Source of the DNA: Camelus ferus
Taxonomy: Eukaryota
Length of the DNA: 64,000 bases
Direction of reading: 5' to 3'
Assembly: GCF_009834535.1 (NCBI RefSeq)
Contig: NC_045696.1
Coordinates: 11,906,001 to 11,970,000, forward strand
Below, piece by piece: positions 25,231 through 37,337 of the stretch (position 1 is the first letter of the stretch; the number at the start of each line of letters is the position of its first letter). Under the pieces are notes generated by a model. It was not told the origin of the DNA. It ran no database searches and was given only the letters and a program-made list of their open reading frames with translations. A program made the position numbers and the translations under genes.

Positions 25231-28184
25231 TTATCTCATTGAATTTTATGTCATTAAATTTTATATTGAATTTACTTTGAATTACATTGCATTTACATTG
25301 AATTTTATATCATCAAGTATTATATTATTTGAAGGACAATTTTCAGACACTCAAGATGTGGGAGTGAACAAAATACACTAAGATCTTACCCCCCTGGAAC
25401 TTATATTCAGTATGTGCTGTCATCCCTCTAATTTGTAAATCAAAGAAGCGTGGTATACTTACCTTTTTTCCAATTTTATCAAAATTTAGTTTTTTTTTGT
25501 TTTTAAGATAAGGCCATATAACAGACAGATGGGCTTATTTGTCTTTTGAGAACCCAGGTATGGGAGTGTATGTGTGTGTAAGTACCATCAGGAGCCATCA
25601 AAACCCAGGAAAATGTCCACATGTTTTGAGAAAAGGTTTGTTTCTCAAGGCAAAAGTTAAATGAGTTTTATTTAAGTTAAGGGAATAAATCAAACTTGCA
25701 GGAGACCTTTATGAGCTGGTATCTTGGCTTTGATGACCCAGGGAAAGACATTTCTACTTGTGCAGGGGGGTAACTCACTTTGCTTTTATGAAACCAAAGT
25801 TGAAAATCTTAATGGGTTTTAATAACCCTAAAAGTCATATTGAAGCTTGGACAATTTCAGATAACACCTCTTTTTAATTGCTATGGATTACTCATCTCTT
25901 GGGCTATAGCATATATCTCAGGAGAGAAAATCCTCCATTTTTCAAATTTTCACATTTTGCAACCTTTGTCATGAGACACAGAAACTTTTGGAGATGAGCT
26001 GTTTTAGATGGAAAGAAATTTCCCCCCACCCAGTGTATCCAAACAAGTCATCCTATGTGCCAAAGGAAGCAATTTCTTTTCTTTGCTTTGTGATTTGAAA
26101 CAATAGTGTATTATATACAATGATTTAAGTTAGTTGACCTAAGCTTTAATTTCTTCTTTGTTTAGCATTTATAGATTGTTATTCACCCTAAATCCACTGC
26201 AGTTTGAAGTGGTACAAAGAATTTAACGATCCACTGGTTGAAATTTTAAAGAGAGAATTTATTCAAGCCAGTATAAAAAGGAATTTCATTGCTTTATAGA
26301 TAAACTGTATGTATATCTGCCAATGTTGTGTCTAAAATATTAGAGGAAGATCTATAGTAATAGAAAGTTAGTACTTTTTTTTTTTTATCACACAGAGTAT
26401 TAATGAGGCAAGCAGCCAATTCCATCTTGTGGAATTAACTTTGGCTTTGCTGGTTCTTTGTAGTTTCTGGCAAAGAGTGTCTTTAATTGTTTGAGAAAAG
26501 ACAGAGCTTGGTGACAAGAGATATGGATGTTTACATCTCTGTCAATGACACAAGGTAAGTGATAAGTTCCATATTGTCATGTCCCACCAAGTAGTTCCCC
26601 CATGTGGCCAAGGCCCTTGTCATTATAATTGGTCATAATTTTTCTCCTTCACTGAGGGAACACCGAGTAGTTATCGGACCCGGGAACCATGAACATTGCT
26701 TTGAGGATGGTAGAGTTCTGCCTCGGCAGGATTTCAGGACTGATGACAATCCCCCCAGTTCCCCTTGTGCCCAGCTACATGCTTAGATGTTCAGATGTGA
26801 GAAAGAATAGAAAAGATGCGGGCTCCTTCCAAGGGTGACAGTAGCTTTCGTTCTTCAGTGGATTACCATCACGTGGTGCTTTATTTGAAAAATCCGCCGA
26901 TTTCCATCAGTCGCGTAAACCATTACCCTTGTGTGGGAACCCGGCCAGGTCTCACGCAGGCCCACCTCCTCCATAGTTTATTCATCCAGAAGGATGGCGT
27001 CAAAAGTAAGATTGTTTAGAAATTTTCCAGGCCATCGTGAAAACAGGTGCTTCCTTTGTGAGTTCAAGTTAGTGAACTGATGTGGTCATTTCAACCCAAT
27101 TTCAACCCTGGTTCTAAAGAACAAAGACATTTTCTCTGCCCTGAAGATTGACATTTGCTGGCAGAGATTAGGCACTTCCTGTGACCCTGGGTCCCATTCT
27201 GCTGGTGTAGCTGGAGCTGTGGAAGGGAAGGCGTGGCCTTGCATTGCAGTGGGCGGGGCTCCGCATCCGCTCGTATCTGCACAGAGGCAGGCTGCAGCTT
27301 GCTTAGATACTTATCAGGAACCTTCTGGTGCGTTTATTCTCTAAGTTAAAAGTGAAAAAGGCTGCCAGTCAATGACCAGTGGTGAAACCTGTTGCCTCTG
27401 CCCCTTCTGAGCTCCCTCTCCCGTCCTTTTTCCTTTAATTCTTTCACTTTCCCTGCCAGAAAGCAGCCCCGGCATCGTCACATTCTGACTCCGGGAGTGG
27501 AATGAAAGGGTTCCTTTCTGTATGGAGAGGTTGGTTTTACACAGAGCTGCCTTTGACGGGAAAGGCGTCCCTCAACAGATTTAGAACGTAAAGTGTTGGC
27601 ACCAAGCCAGAGAGGACAGTCGTAAGTTGTAATTTGAACGAGGTTTCATCAAGTCTTTGTCATCTGGCGTGGAACATTGGGCATCCTGTGATACCCAGAG
27701 TTGCTTTTATGATTGTCATACTTTCAATTAGATTCACTGCTTTGAGATCTACAGTATGAGGTTAAGGTGTTCAGTTAACAGAATGTTCTGAAGAGTAGGA
27801 ATAATGGTTCCAAATTGAGGCTAAGGAATGCTTTTAATTTATACACAGCTCTAGTTTTCCAAGTGGTGAGATGTCTTGCCAACCTTTTCTTTGTATAAAC
27901 TTTTGCAAAGAGAAAAGGTGATGTGATTTCTGGTTCATTTAGACATTGATCTTTCTTGGCAGTTTTTAAATTTTTGGTTGGAAAAAAAGGGTGACCTGAA
28001 GCAAATCTGACAAAATGTAATGCTCATTTCGGGTCGCCAGGATAGAGATATTTGTATATTGATTTCCACTTTTCTGATTTTTTTTTTTTTCCAGAAGAAA
28101 GGAAACAAATTGGGAGGGGAAGGGAGGAGAGAATGGAAGCAAGCAAACAAATTAAAGCATTTGTTTTAACAGCATTTGAGAAAA

Positions 28185-28920
28185 ATTTATTTTTATTTTA
28201 TTTTTATGTTTTAATGGAAATATAGTTAATGTACAATAGTACATAAGTTACATATGTACAATATAGTGATTCATAATGTTTAAAGGTTATACTCCATTTA
28301 CAGTTATCATAAAATATTGACTATATTCCCTGTGCTGTGCAATACAGCCCTGTAGCTTATTACATAATAGTCTGTGCCTCTTACTCCCCTACCCCTATCT
28401 TGCCCCTCCTCCCTTCCCTCTCCACACTGGTAACCACTAGTTTGTTCTTATATCTGTGAGTCTGTTTCTTTTTAGTTATATTCACCAGTTTGTTACAGTT
28501 TTTAGATTCCACATATAAATTATATCATATAGTATGTCTCTTTTTCTATCTGACTTACTTCACTTAGTATAATACCCTCCAAGTCCATCTGTGTTGCTGC
28601 AAATAGCAAGATTTCATCCTTTTTTATGGCTGAGTAGTATTCCACATCTTCTTTATCCATTCATCTGTTGATGGACACTTAGGTTGTTTCCATACCTTGG
28701 CCATTGTAAATAGTGCTGCTATCTACATTGGGGTGCAGGTATCTTTTCAAATTAATGTTCTTGCTTTTTTGAATATGTATACCAGGAGTGGAATTGCTAG
28801 CTCATATGGTAGTTCTATTTTTAGTTTTTTGAGAAACCTCTGCATTGTTTCTCACAGTGGCTGCTCCAATTTACATTCCTACCAACAGTGTATGAGGGTT
28901 CCCTTTTCTCCACATCCCCA
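28185..28920 (-). mobile_element. L1 3' end with degenerate ORF2 C-terminus
   Basis: Homologous to the 3378-4327 element (tttagattccacatat...gggttcccttttctccaca) but with indels. Confidence 0.92.
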
Positions 28921-29284
28921 TAACAGTGCTTTTTGATACAAAAAAGACCTGTGTAAGAACTTTGTCCTGTCTGTGTGGCTTTGGCCATGCCAACTTCTCT
29001 GCCCCAGTTTTTGTCACTTATTATATGACATTTATATATAAGCATGATAGTCCTTGGTTAAGAGATAATATTTCTTAAGAGCCAAACATGGCGCCTAGTT
29101 CATAAAAGATACCTCAACAATCTTAGTTTCCATTCATTACCTTTTCAATGTAGCATCACAGATCTTTAGTTGAATTGAAAGCAGACCCTCATCTGCATGG
29201 TTTTCATATCGGTCATGGCTAAAATGTTGTTCACTTAGGTGAAGTGGATAGAAAAGGTTATTTCCACCTCTCTCCCTTTAGTTT

Positions 29285-29600
29285 GATCAGATTTATTGAG
29301 GACCAACTCAGAACCGGATACAGTGGGAGTAGGGTGGACTGAATCACTGCTTCTGTGGAGCTGATATTATGGGGGAACACAGATGGTAAAAAAAACAAGT
29401 GTCAGGTGGCAAAAATCGGTTGAAGACTAAAGCAGGTTAAGAGGACAGATGTCGAGCCATGGTGGGTATCTGTTTTAGGTAGGGGGACTGAGGGCTTCAC
29501 TGAGGAGGTGTCATTGCAAGGTTTGCATGGACTGAGGGAACAAGCCTTGTAGAAATCTGGGGAAAGAACATTCCAGGCAGAGGGAAGGAACTAGGGAGAG
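29285..29600 (-). mobile_element. LINE-2 relic
   Basis: cttcactgaggaggtgtcatt...tctggggaaagaacattccaggcagaggg. Confidence 0.8.
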
Positions 29601-30836
29601 GTTGAGGATCTACAAGAGGTTGTGTGGGGAAGGCAGGAAAGAGAAGGGAGTGAGTCCACAGGCTAAATCACCCGTAGGAGGGTCTTGCTTGGGTTTTATT
29701 TGCCCGCGGTTGGAAATGACATTCTTAAACCACAAAACCGGCCGCTCTGCTACTCTAAAGAGACTTTGTGAGATGTGTTTTGCAGAGAAGATGGAAAATA
29801 ATAGTGTATCTGTTACTTTGATTACAGTTCCCATCATGTAATAATTAACTGCTAGCTGTAATTATAGGACTTCCTCTAATTTCGTTTAGCACCCTTGGGA
29901 CCTCTATTAGCCTATATCTCAATCAATTTCGCAGCCATTAAGGGGGAAAAAGGCATATCCCTGTTGAATTTTAAATCTAGTGGGAGAATGTTCAGTCTCT
30001 TTGTTTGTACTCTGCTAGACTGTCTTATTTTTCTCTTTCCGTTTGTACGGCTCCCCCCCGCGCCGGTCTCTCCTCCGGCGTGCTGATGCAGGCATGTAGC
30101 ATGTCGCTTCCTAATTAGGATGTCCTTTCACAGATAGTTGTTAATGAATTCCATGCATCCCACGTCCTTTTGGTAACCTCTCAACAAAAATTTTCAGCTG
30201 ACAACCAAGGGAACACGTGGTCCCCTCCCCACGATTGATGTCTTAGTCAATATTTATTCTCACGTCTAGCACCTTTAACTACTCTCGCATCCTCTACACA
30301 AGTTCATTTATGTAGAGAAATGTTATGTAGAGAAAAGTCCATTTATGTCGAGAAATGTAACCACCTCTGTCTTCTCATTTGAGTTGAACAGTAAGTTCTC
30401 CTGTCATAGGAAATTCAGGGAAGTTTCTCTCCTTTTGGCCTCTTTGGCATCATCGGGTGACTTGCAGTGTGTAGATAACCCCGGATTCTCTCTGCTGCTC
30501 TTGGGAAAGCCCTCCTTACTGTCACATCACTGCAGAGGTGTGCATCACCGTCCCAAATGGGTGGCTTCTCTCTGGAGGCAAATAGAGGTCTCTATGTCGG
30601 GCCGTTTGTTACATCACTATCCGTAGCCCCTTGAGAAGCAGGGCCATCTCCAGACAGCTCAGTCTTACTAGTTTTGAAATAAGGTCTGTAGCTTGTTGGT
30701 AGGAACTGGGATCATGCCACACCATAGAAGAAGCCAAGACTTAGGGACAAGCAAGGACGTGGAGGGAATGGTTGCCCAGTGTTGGTGGCCAAGTCATCAT
30801 CAAAGGAAGCCCTGAATTTACTCGTGTGTTCCGACT

Positions 30837-30840
<4 letters not shown>

Positions 30841-30870
<30 letters not shown>
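30841..30870 (+). repeat. (TG)15 microsatellite
   Basis: Directly visible, adjacent to an L1 3' end. Confidence 0.97.
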
Positions 30871-30873
<3 letters not shown>

Positions 30874-30875
30874 CT

Positions 30876-31540
30876 GAATAGAATTATTTTTTAGAGTGGT
30901 TTTAGATTCACAGCAAAGCTGAGCAGAAAGCACAGAGAGTTCCCACAGCCTTCTTGTCCCTGCATCTCAGCCCCAACCCCCAGCCTCTCATCATCATCAA
31001 CATCCCTGCCAGAGTAGTACCTTTGTTAGAATCTGTGAACCTATGTCAACATGTAATTATCACCCAGAGTCTATAGTTACATTAGGGTTCACTCTTTCTG
31101 TTGTACATTCTGTGGGTTTTGACAAATATATCATGATATATATCCAGCATTATAGTATCATACAGAATGGTTTCACTGCCCTAAAAATCCTCTGTGCTCC
31201 ACCTAATTATCCCTTCCTCCTCCTTATTCCCTGGCAACCACTGATCTTTTTATTGTCTGTAGTTTTGCCTTTTCAAGAATGCCATATAATTGGAATCATG
31301 CGGTATGTAGCCTTTTCAGATGGCTTCTTTCACTGAGTAATATGCATTTAAGGCAATTCCATGTCTTTTTGTGGTTTGATAGCTCATTTCTTTTTAGCGC
31401 TGAATAATATTCTATTGTATGATGTACCCTAGTTTATTTATCCAGTTCTAAAATGAAGAATGTCTTGGTTGTTTCCTGGTTTTGGCAGTTATGAATAAAG
31501 ATGCTATAAACATTCATATGCAGATTTTTGTGTGTGGACA
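30876..31540 (-). mobile_element. L1MC1-like 3' end
   Basis: Aligns by eye with 1-600 (gccctaaaaatcctctgtgctccacct is shared). Confidence 0.9.
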
Positions 31541-34231
31541 TACTATGTATGGATATTTATTTATATTATATATATTTAAGGAAGTTTTATTTTTTCTGAT
31601 TATAAAAAATATGTGCTCAATGGTAGACCATTTGGAAAATATAAAAAAAAGAAGAAAAATTTAAAAATTCAGTACAAGTCTATTTATTAATTTAATGTAA
31701 TAAAATACATGAAATTGGAGCTGTCTTGGAAAATGTAGGACATATGGTTATGATATCCTATAATAGTCAGTGGTAAAGACAGGAAAGATTTAGGGCGTTC
31801 TAACTGCTAGTTCTGTTTCCATGAAAATTGCCTCTTAAGTGACTTTTTATGATAATCAACCTTCAAGCAAACACTGTCAGCTTTGCAAAATAGCTAACTG
31901 AGGAGTCCCTTGAACAACTGACCTCCAAGGAGGTACTGAAATTCTGCCCTGAAAAAATCCAAATGTACATTAGTGCCGGGTGAGGGGAATCATTCGTGTG
32001 GAATCCAGTGGATCGGATGCGTGCATATTTTATGATGCCTGTTGTGACTGCTTCGGGTTCTAGGCGTGTTCACGTCTCCTGGGTACCTTCTGGCGGAGAG
32101 GTGGAGGATGCTGCGGGGGTGCAGTAATGCCTGAAGAGCAAGCCCAGAAGTGCTTATAAGTTGACCCAAGCATCTTGTCGCTTCTCATTGCTTGTTTTTA
32201 ACAAGGCAAACGACCCATAACTCAAAAAGATCTTTTCATAATTTCTGTGAATGGAAGTATATGCCTAACAACTTAAAAAAAATTAGTTTTAAATATCTTT
32301 TTTTTTTTTTTTGGTGGAAGAAAGCTGATCTCGGGCAGGAGTACAAATGAAGGCTCACAAAACCTATGTCTAAATATAGAAAAAGTTGTAAGTCAAGCTA
32401 ATAAACTGTAAAATAAAAGATGGCTTATTCGCCTACTTTGACAAAGAAACTTTCATCATGACCTGGAAATCCGGATTCAGATTTAGAAAGATTAGACTTC
32501 TTGAAATATCACAAGGGAGCATAGAGGTAAAGGATGGCCAGCCCCCAGCCCATGGTCCATCCTTATCCTCCTGCCCCTGGCTCCATCTTGGACCATGGAC
32601 CCTACAACCTACAGGAGCAAAGCCCACAAATGGCTGCCCTTGGGCACGAGTGCACAGCCTCTCCCCCAACCCACGGTAGGACGGAAGTAAGAGTCTCTGG
32701 AAGGGCCTGGCTGGGGGCACTAGGGCCAGGGTACCTGGGTGTGTTCTGGAGAGGGCCACGGCTGGCCTCTGTGTGCGGACATCTGCTCGTCTTCTGTGAA
32801 GGGCATGGCTGGTGTTGGGCCAGAGAAGTCCTTCTGATGAGAGTGCCCAGGTCTGGGCCCTTCTTTCCTGGTATGAGAGATGATTCTGGAAAAGGAATCT
32901 GGAGTCTTTGAGCTTTGGTTTTGCTCTTAGTAAACTTAGCCATTACTCTTACCTTAATGAAAGTAGAGTGAGAAGCATCCACTTTAAAGTATGTTGGGAT
33001 TCAGCAGCATGCGGTTCAAAAGTTGTTTTTAAGAGGTGGTATCATCGTATTCTGGCATAGGTTCATTTAGAAAGCTCTAGGCTTGAACAAATAGTACCAT
33101 ATACATTTATGTAATTCCTCCCCCCCATCTTTTCACTTTTTAAGAACCATAATGAAGTTTTGCCTAAAAACTGACTCCTGCTGTTGGATCCCAGGAATCA
33201 CAGTTTCCTTCTGAGCTAAAGTAACGATTCATCTCCTGGAATCTCCCAGGTGGTGTTCTTAACGCTCACAACATCTGTGACTGTGTAGATGTTCCTGTGT
33301 TCTAAATTCTTGCTTTGAAGAGGATTGCTCATGAGATGAGTTAATTTCCATACACAGGAAAGGTCAAAATCGAGGTCAAGTTTAAACTGGAAGGGGTGTT
33401 TCTAAAAGGTAGGATAGTGAAATTCTCACACATACTGATGAATCACTTGTCATTTTTGGTAATGATAATGTAAAGGTTTTACACACAGTTTATTAGCGAG
33501 GGTCTCAAAATACTTTAGGGATTTGTGGACAGTGAACAAAGTTGGAGTCCTGAGGTTCTGTTCTCCAGTTGACTCAAGCGTATTAAAGTAATGCTTTGTT
33601 TTTACATCACTAGCCATTTAATCAAGATGGAAAATATGATGTCCATTGGTACCGTATCTAGAGAGGTGTGTACCGAGGGTGAGAGGTATGACCTCCGCCC
33701 AAGGTCAGTATGCTCACTTACCTGTTCTCTCATTCTTGCTTTGGAAAGTCTGTGCTCTCTAGAAAAAATTTTCCAATAAGATTAAAAAAAAAGTCTGTTG
33801 AAGGTGAAGAAGCTCATACAGATAAAGAGATATGTTTCAGAGTTGTTTTTTTCCCCACTGTTGGAAATATTCCTGATCACTGAATGTAATGAAATAAATT
33901 TGACATGTCGGGTGTAGTATGTGGTTGGGGCGCAAAATAAAGAGCCCGAAACTCAGAGTGGAAGCCCGACGTTTATGGTTATAAATGTGTACTTTAGAAA
34001 GTGATTTATAAAGAGGAACACCAGTGCCAAAATAGATAAATTGAAGCTTGTTCTCATTTAAGTAGGTTAGACAGTTCATCAAATATTGCTTAAAATTTCT
34101 GTCTCTGAAGGTTGGAAATAAGAGATTAAATGTCAGTGGCCAAGGCAGGGGATTTTGGAAGCCCAGCTACCCGGCAGTTTAGATGGAGATGAAATGCAGT
34201 TGGGCCAAGTGAGTACGCCTGGTGCTTAGCA

Positions 34232-34557
34232 CAGGGCCCGGAGACCTAATCTGATCTGCTGCCTCTTTTGTTTGTCCCTTAAGGTAGGAGTGGGTTTTAC
34301 ATTTTTAAATGGTTGAGAAAAAATCCTAAGAAGAGTAATACTTTGTGATATGAGAAAACCATATGAAATTCACGTTTCAGTGTCCATGGATACAAAGTTT
34401 TATTGGAACGTGGCCGTGGCCGTTTGTTCATGTATTGCCTCTGGCTGCTTTCACACTGCGGTGGCAGAGTTGAGTAGGTGTGACAGAGACCATATGGCCC
34501 GGAAAGCCTAAAATATTTACTATCTGTCCCTTTGCAGGAAACATTTGCTGAACCCTG
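34232..34557. mobile_element. MER58B-like hAT-Charlie element
   Basis: aaagttttattggaac...gacagagaccatatggcccggaaagcctaaaatatttactatctg...gctgaaccctg. Confidence 0.9.
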
Positions 34558-34644
34558 GCTGAGTTAGATGCTGCTGGCAGCCTGTGCCCTCTCTTCCCTC
34601 CCTTTATCTTTTTTCTAATACATGAATGAATGAGTGTTTAATTA

Positions 34645-34800
34645 TGTTGATCGGCAACACTTATATAGTGCTTACTGTTTTCCCATTCTTTTAGCCCATA
34701 ATAACTCTGTGATGTGGGTACAATTATTATTCCCATTTTACAGATAAAGAAATGGAGGCGTAGAAAACACAGACGACTATACAAGTCAGCAATTGAGATG
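34645..34800 (-). mobile_element. MIR
   Basis: attattattcccattttacagataaagaaatggaggc. Confidence 0.75.
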
Positions 34801-34822
34801 GACTTTTGTTGACTCTGATTTT

Positions 34823-35131
34823 CTTTTTGACAGAAGTAAGAAAATTTATTTTTTATTTTAATTGAAGTATAGTTGATTTACAGTGTTGTGCTAGTTTCAG
34901 GTGTACAGCAGAGTGATTTGGTTATACATATACATATATTATGTATATTTCATAATCTTTTCTATTATGGTTTATTACAGGATATGGAGTATAGTTCCCC
35001 ATGCTGTATAGGTAGGACCTTGTTGTTTATCTCTTTTATGTGTAGTAGTGTGTATATGCTAATCCCACTCTCCTAATTTATCCTCCCCTCCTCCTTTCCC
35101 CTTTGGTAACCATAAGTTTATTTTCTATGTA
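34823..35131 (-). mobile_element. Truncated L1 3' UTR with TSD
   Basis: TSD ttgactctgatttt at 34809-34822 and 35132-35145. Confidence 0.92.
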
Positions 35132-36235
35132 TTGACTCTGATTTTTATATTTAAAACAAACACAGACAGTCCTGAAGTACCAAATAAAATCTAGAATAAC
35201 TCAAGGAAGTTAGAAAATTTAAAAACAATTTGGGCACCTTCCCTTTTGATGTTTGACACTTTTTTCATTTGATGATGTGTTTCTTTGATTACTTTTATTA
35301 TTAAAGCCCCTTTGGTTGTTATGTATTTCCTTGAATATCCTAATTGTTTGATCCATTCTCTCAACTCAAAATTACTATGTGTCCATGCTGGCTAGACACT
35401 CTGGGGGCACATCTGTGAACACAACAGGATACTCGGCCCAGAGCGAGCTACAAGAATATGGTCGTCCTCCAGCAATTTGTATCACTTCCTAGATGTTCAG
35501 CTGCATAGGGTAATTTGGAAACAGCAGATCCCAGCAGATAGAGGTGCAGCTGTCAGATCAGGAAGCCTGTCTGTCCACTGGCCCAGATTGTTCTGATGAT
35601 TTGTGGCATGACCTTGGAAACATCTTTACATTTTGCATTCCAGATTTTCATTCTGGAAAATACCAGCAAATTAAGCTGGTCTTAACAAAATCTGGTGCCC
35701 CCACATGATGTAATGAGTTCTGCTTTTTTATATTTCACATGCTTTCCTTGTTTACATGGATACAGGTTGTTGGTCTATAACTTGATGATGTAAATATATC
35801 CATAAAACATGGTGCACACAATCACATGTGGATACAAGAACTCTTGTTTCCCAAGGCATACCTGAACTGCCAGTGGGTAGGACAAGCTGAACTAGGTGGG
35901 GGTGCAGTGTGGACAAGTCCAGGGTCATTTGGGGGAATTTGCAAAAGCACATTTAGAGCGTGTTTGTAAGGCAGAGCGAGAAAACTATGGATGTGTGAAG
36001 AGGTGTGGGGACAGTGTTCACTTTATCCATTATTTTGAGTTCCTGGTGAGTTACATATAGCCCAGGGTCAGGCACAAATAGGTGTTCACTAAACATCATT
36101 CTACAAAGTCTTTGTACTGCCCAGTGGCCCTGGCACTTAGAGAATCACTGTATGTTTAGACTGAGGGAGCTAGGATTAAAACAGTTCATTCTAAGTGTTC
36201 TAAGTTTATAAAAAAGGTGATTATGTTTTATACTT

Positions 36236-36339
36236 TTTTTTGAATTGAAGCACAGTCACTTACAATGTGTCCATTCCTGGTGTACAGCACAATGTCCCAG
36301 TCATGCATATACATACATATATTTGTTTTCATATTCTTT
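36236..36339 (-). mobile_element. ~105-bp L1 3' tail with TSD
   Basis: ttatgttttatactt (36221-36235) versus ttatgtttcatactt (36340-36354). Confidence 0.85.
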
Positions 36340-36577
36340 TTATGTTTCATACTTCTTAAAGATGTGTATGATACTGAGAATTATGATTTAAACATATAGT
36401 CTACTATAATAGTTCACAGAGGTAAAAATGATTAATTTCCCATATTAAAGACACAGAAGCATAATTCTTAAACCAAAAATGTTGCATGGGTTGCTATTTT
36501 ATGTTAGTTTGAATCATACACTTTATTAACTTTTAAGTTTATTTGCTGTGCTTTTTATAGCAAAGACCTTGACTTTT

Positions 36578-37282
36578 TATTTTCCCCCAACTTCACTGAG
36601 GTAAAATTAACAAATAAGAATTGTATACAGTTAAGGTATACAACATGATCATTTGATATATGTATGCATTGTGAAATGATTACCACACATCACCTAACAG
36701 AGTTATCTTTTAAAAATTTAAAAAATTTTTTTGTGGTGAGAATACTTAAAATCTGCTCTCTCAGCAAATTCCAAGTATAGAATACAGTGTTATTAGCTAT
36801 AGTTACTGTGCTGTGTATTAGATATCCAGGTCTTAATCATACTATATGGCTGAAACTTTATACTCTTTGACCAGCATCTCCTCATTTTCCCCACCCCCTG
36901 CCCCAGGCAGCCATCATTCTACTCTGATTTTTATGAGTTTGACTCGTTTACATTCCACATAAGTGAGATCATGTGGTGTTTGTTTTTCTGTGTCTGGCTT
37001 ATTTAACTTAGCATATAATCTCCTCCAGTTTCATCCATGTTGCACATGATAGAATTGCCTTCTTTTTTAAGGCTGGGTAATATTCATATGTATGTAAAAT
37101 CTTATTTTCTCTATGCATTCACCTGTTGATGAACACTTTGGCTGTTCCATATTTCCATATCTTGGCTATTTTGAATAATGCTGCAATGAACATGGAGGTG
37201 TACTTATTTCTTCAAGATCCAGCTTTCATTTCCTTTGGATATATACCCAGAAGTGGGACTGCTGGATCATATGGTAGTTCTG

Positions 37283-37337
<55 letters not shown>

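Noticed and set aside
30090..30106. p53 response element (aggcatgtagcatgtcg)
   Set aside because: The CATG cores are 3 nt apart rather than the 6 or more needed for two decamers.
33361..33378. Nuclear-receptor direct repeat AGGTCA-N6-AGGTCA
   Set aside because: A 6-nt spacer is outside the classic DR1-DR5 set and there is no supporting context.
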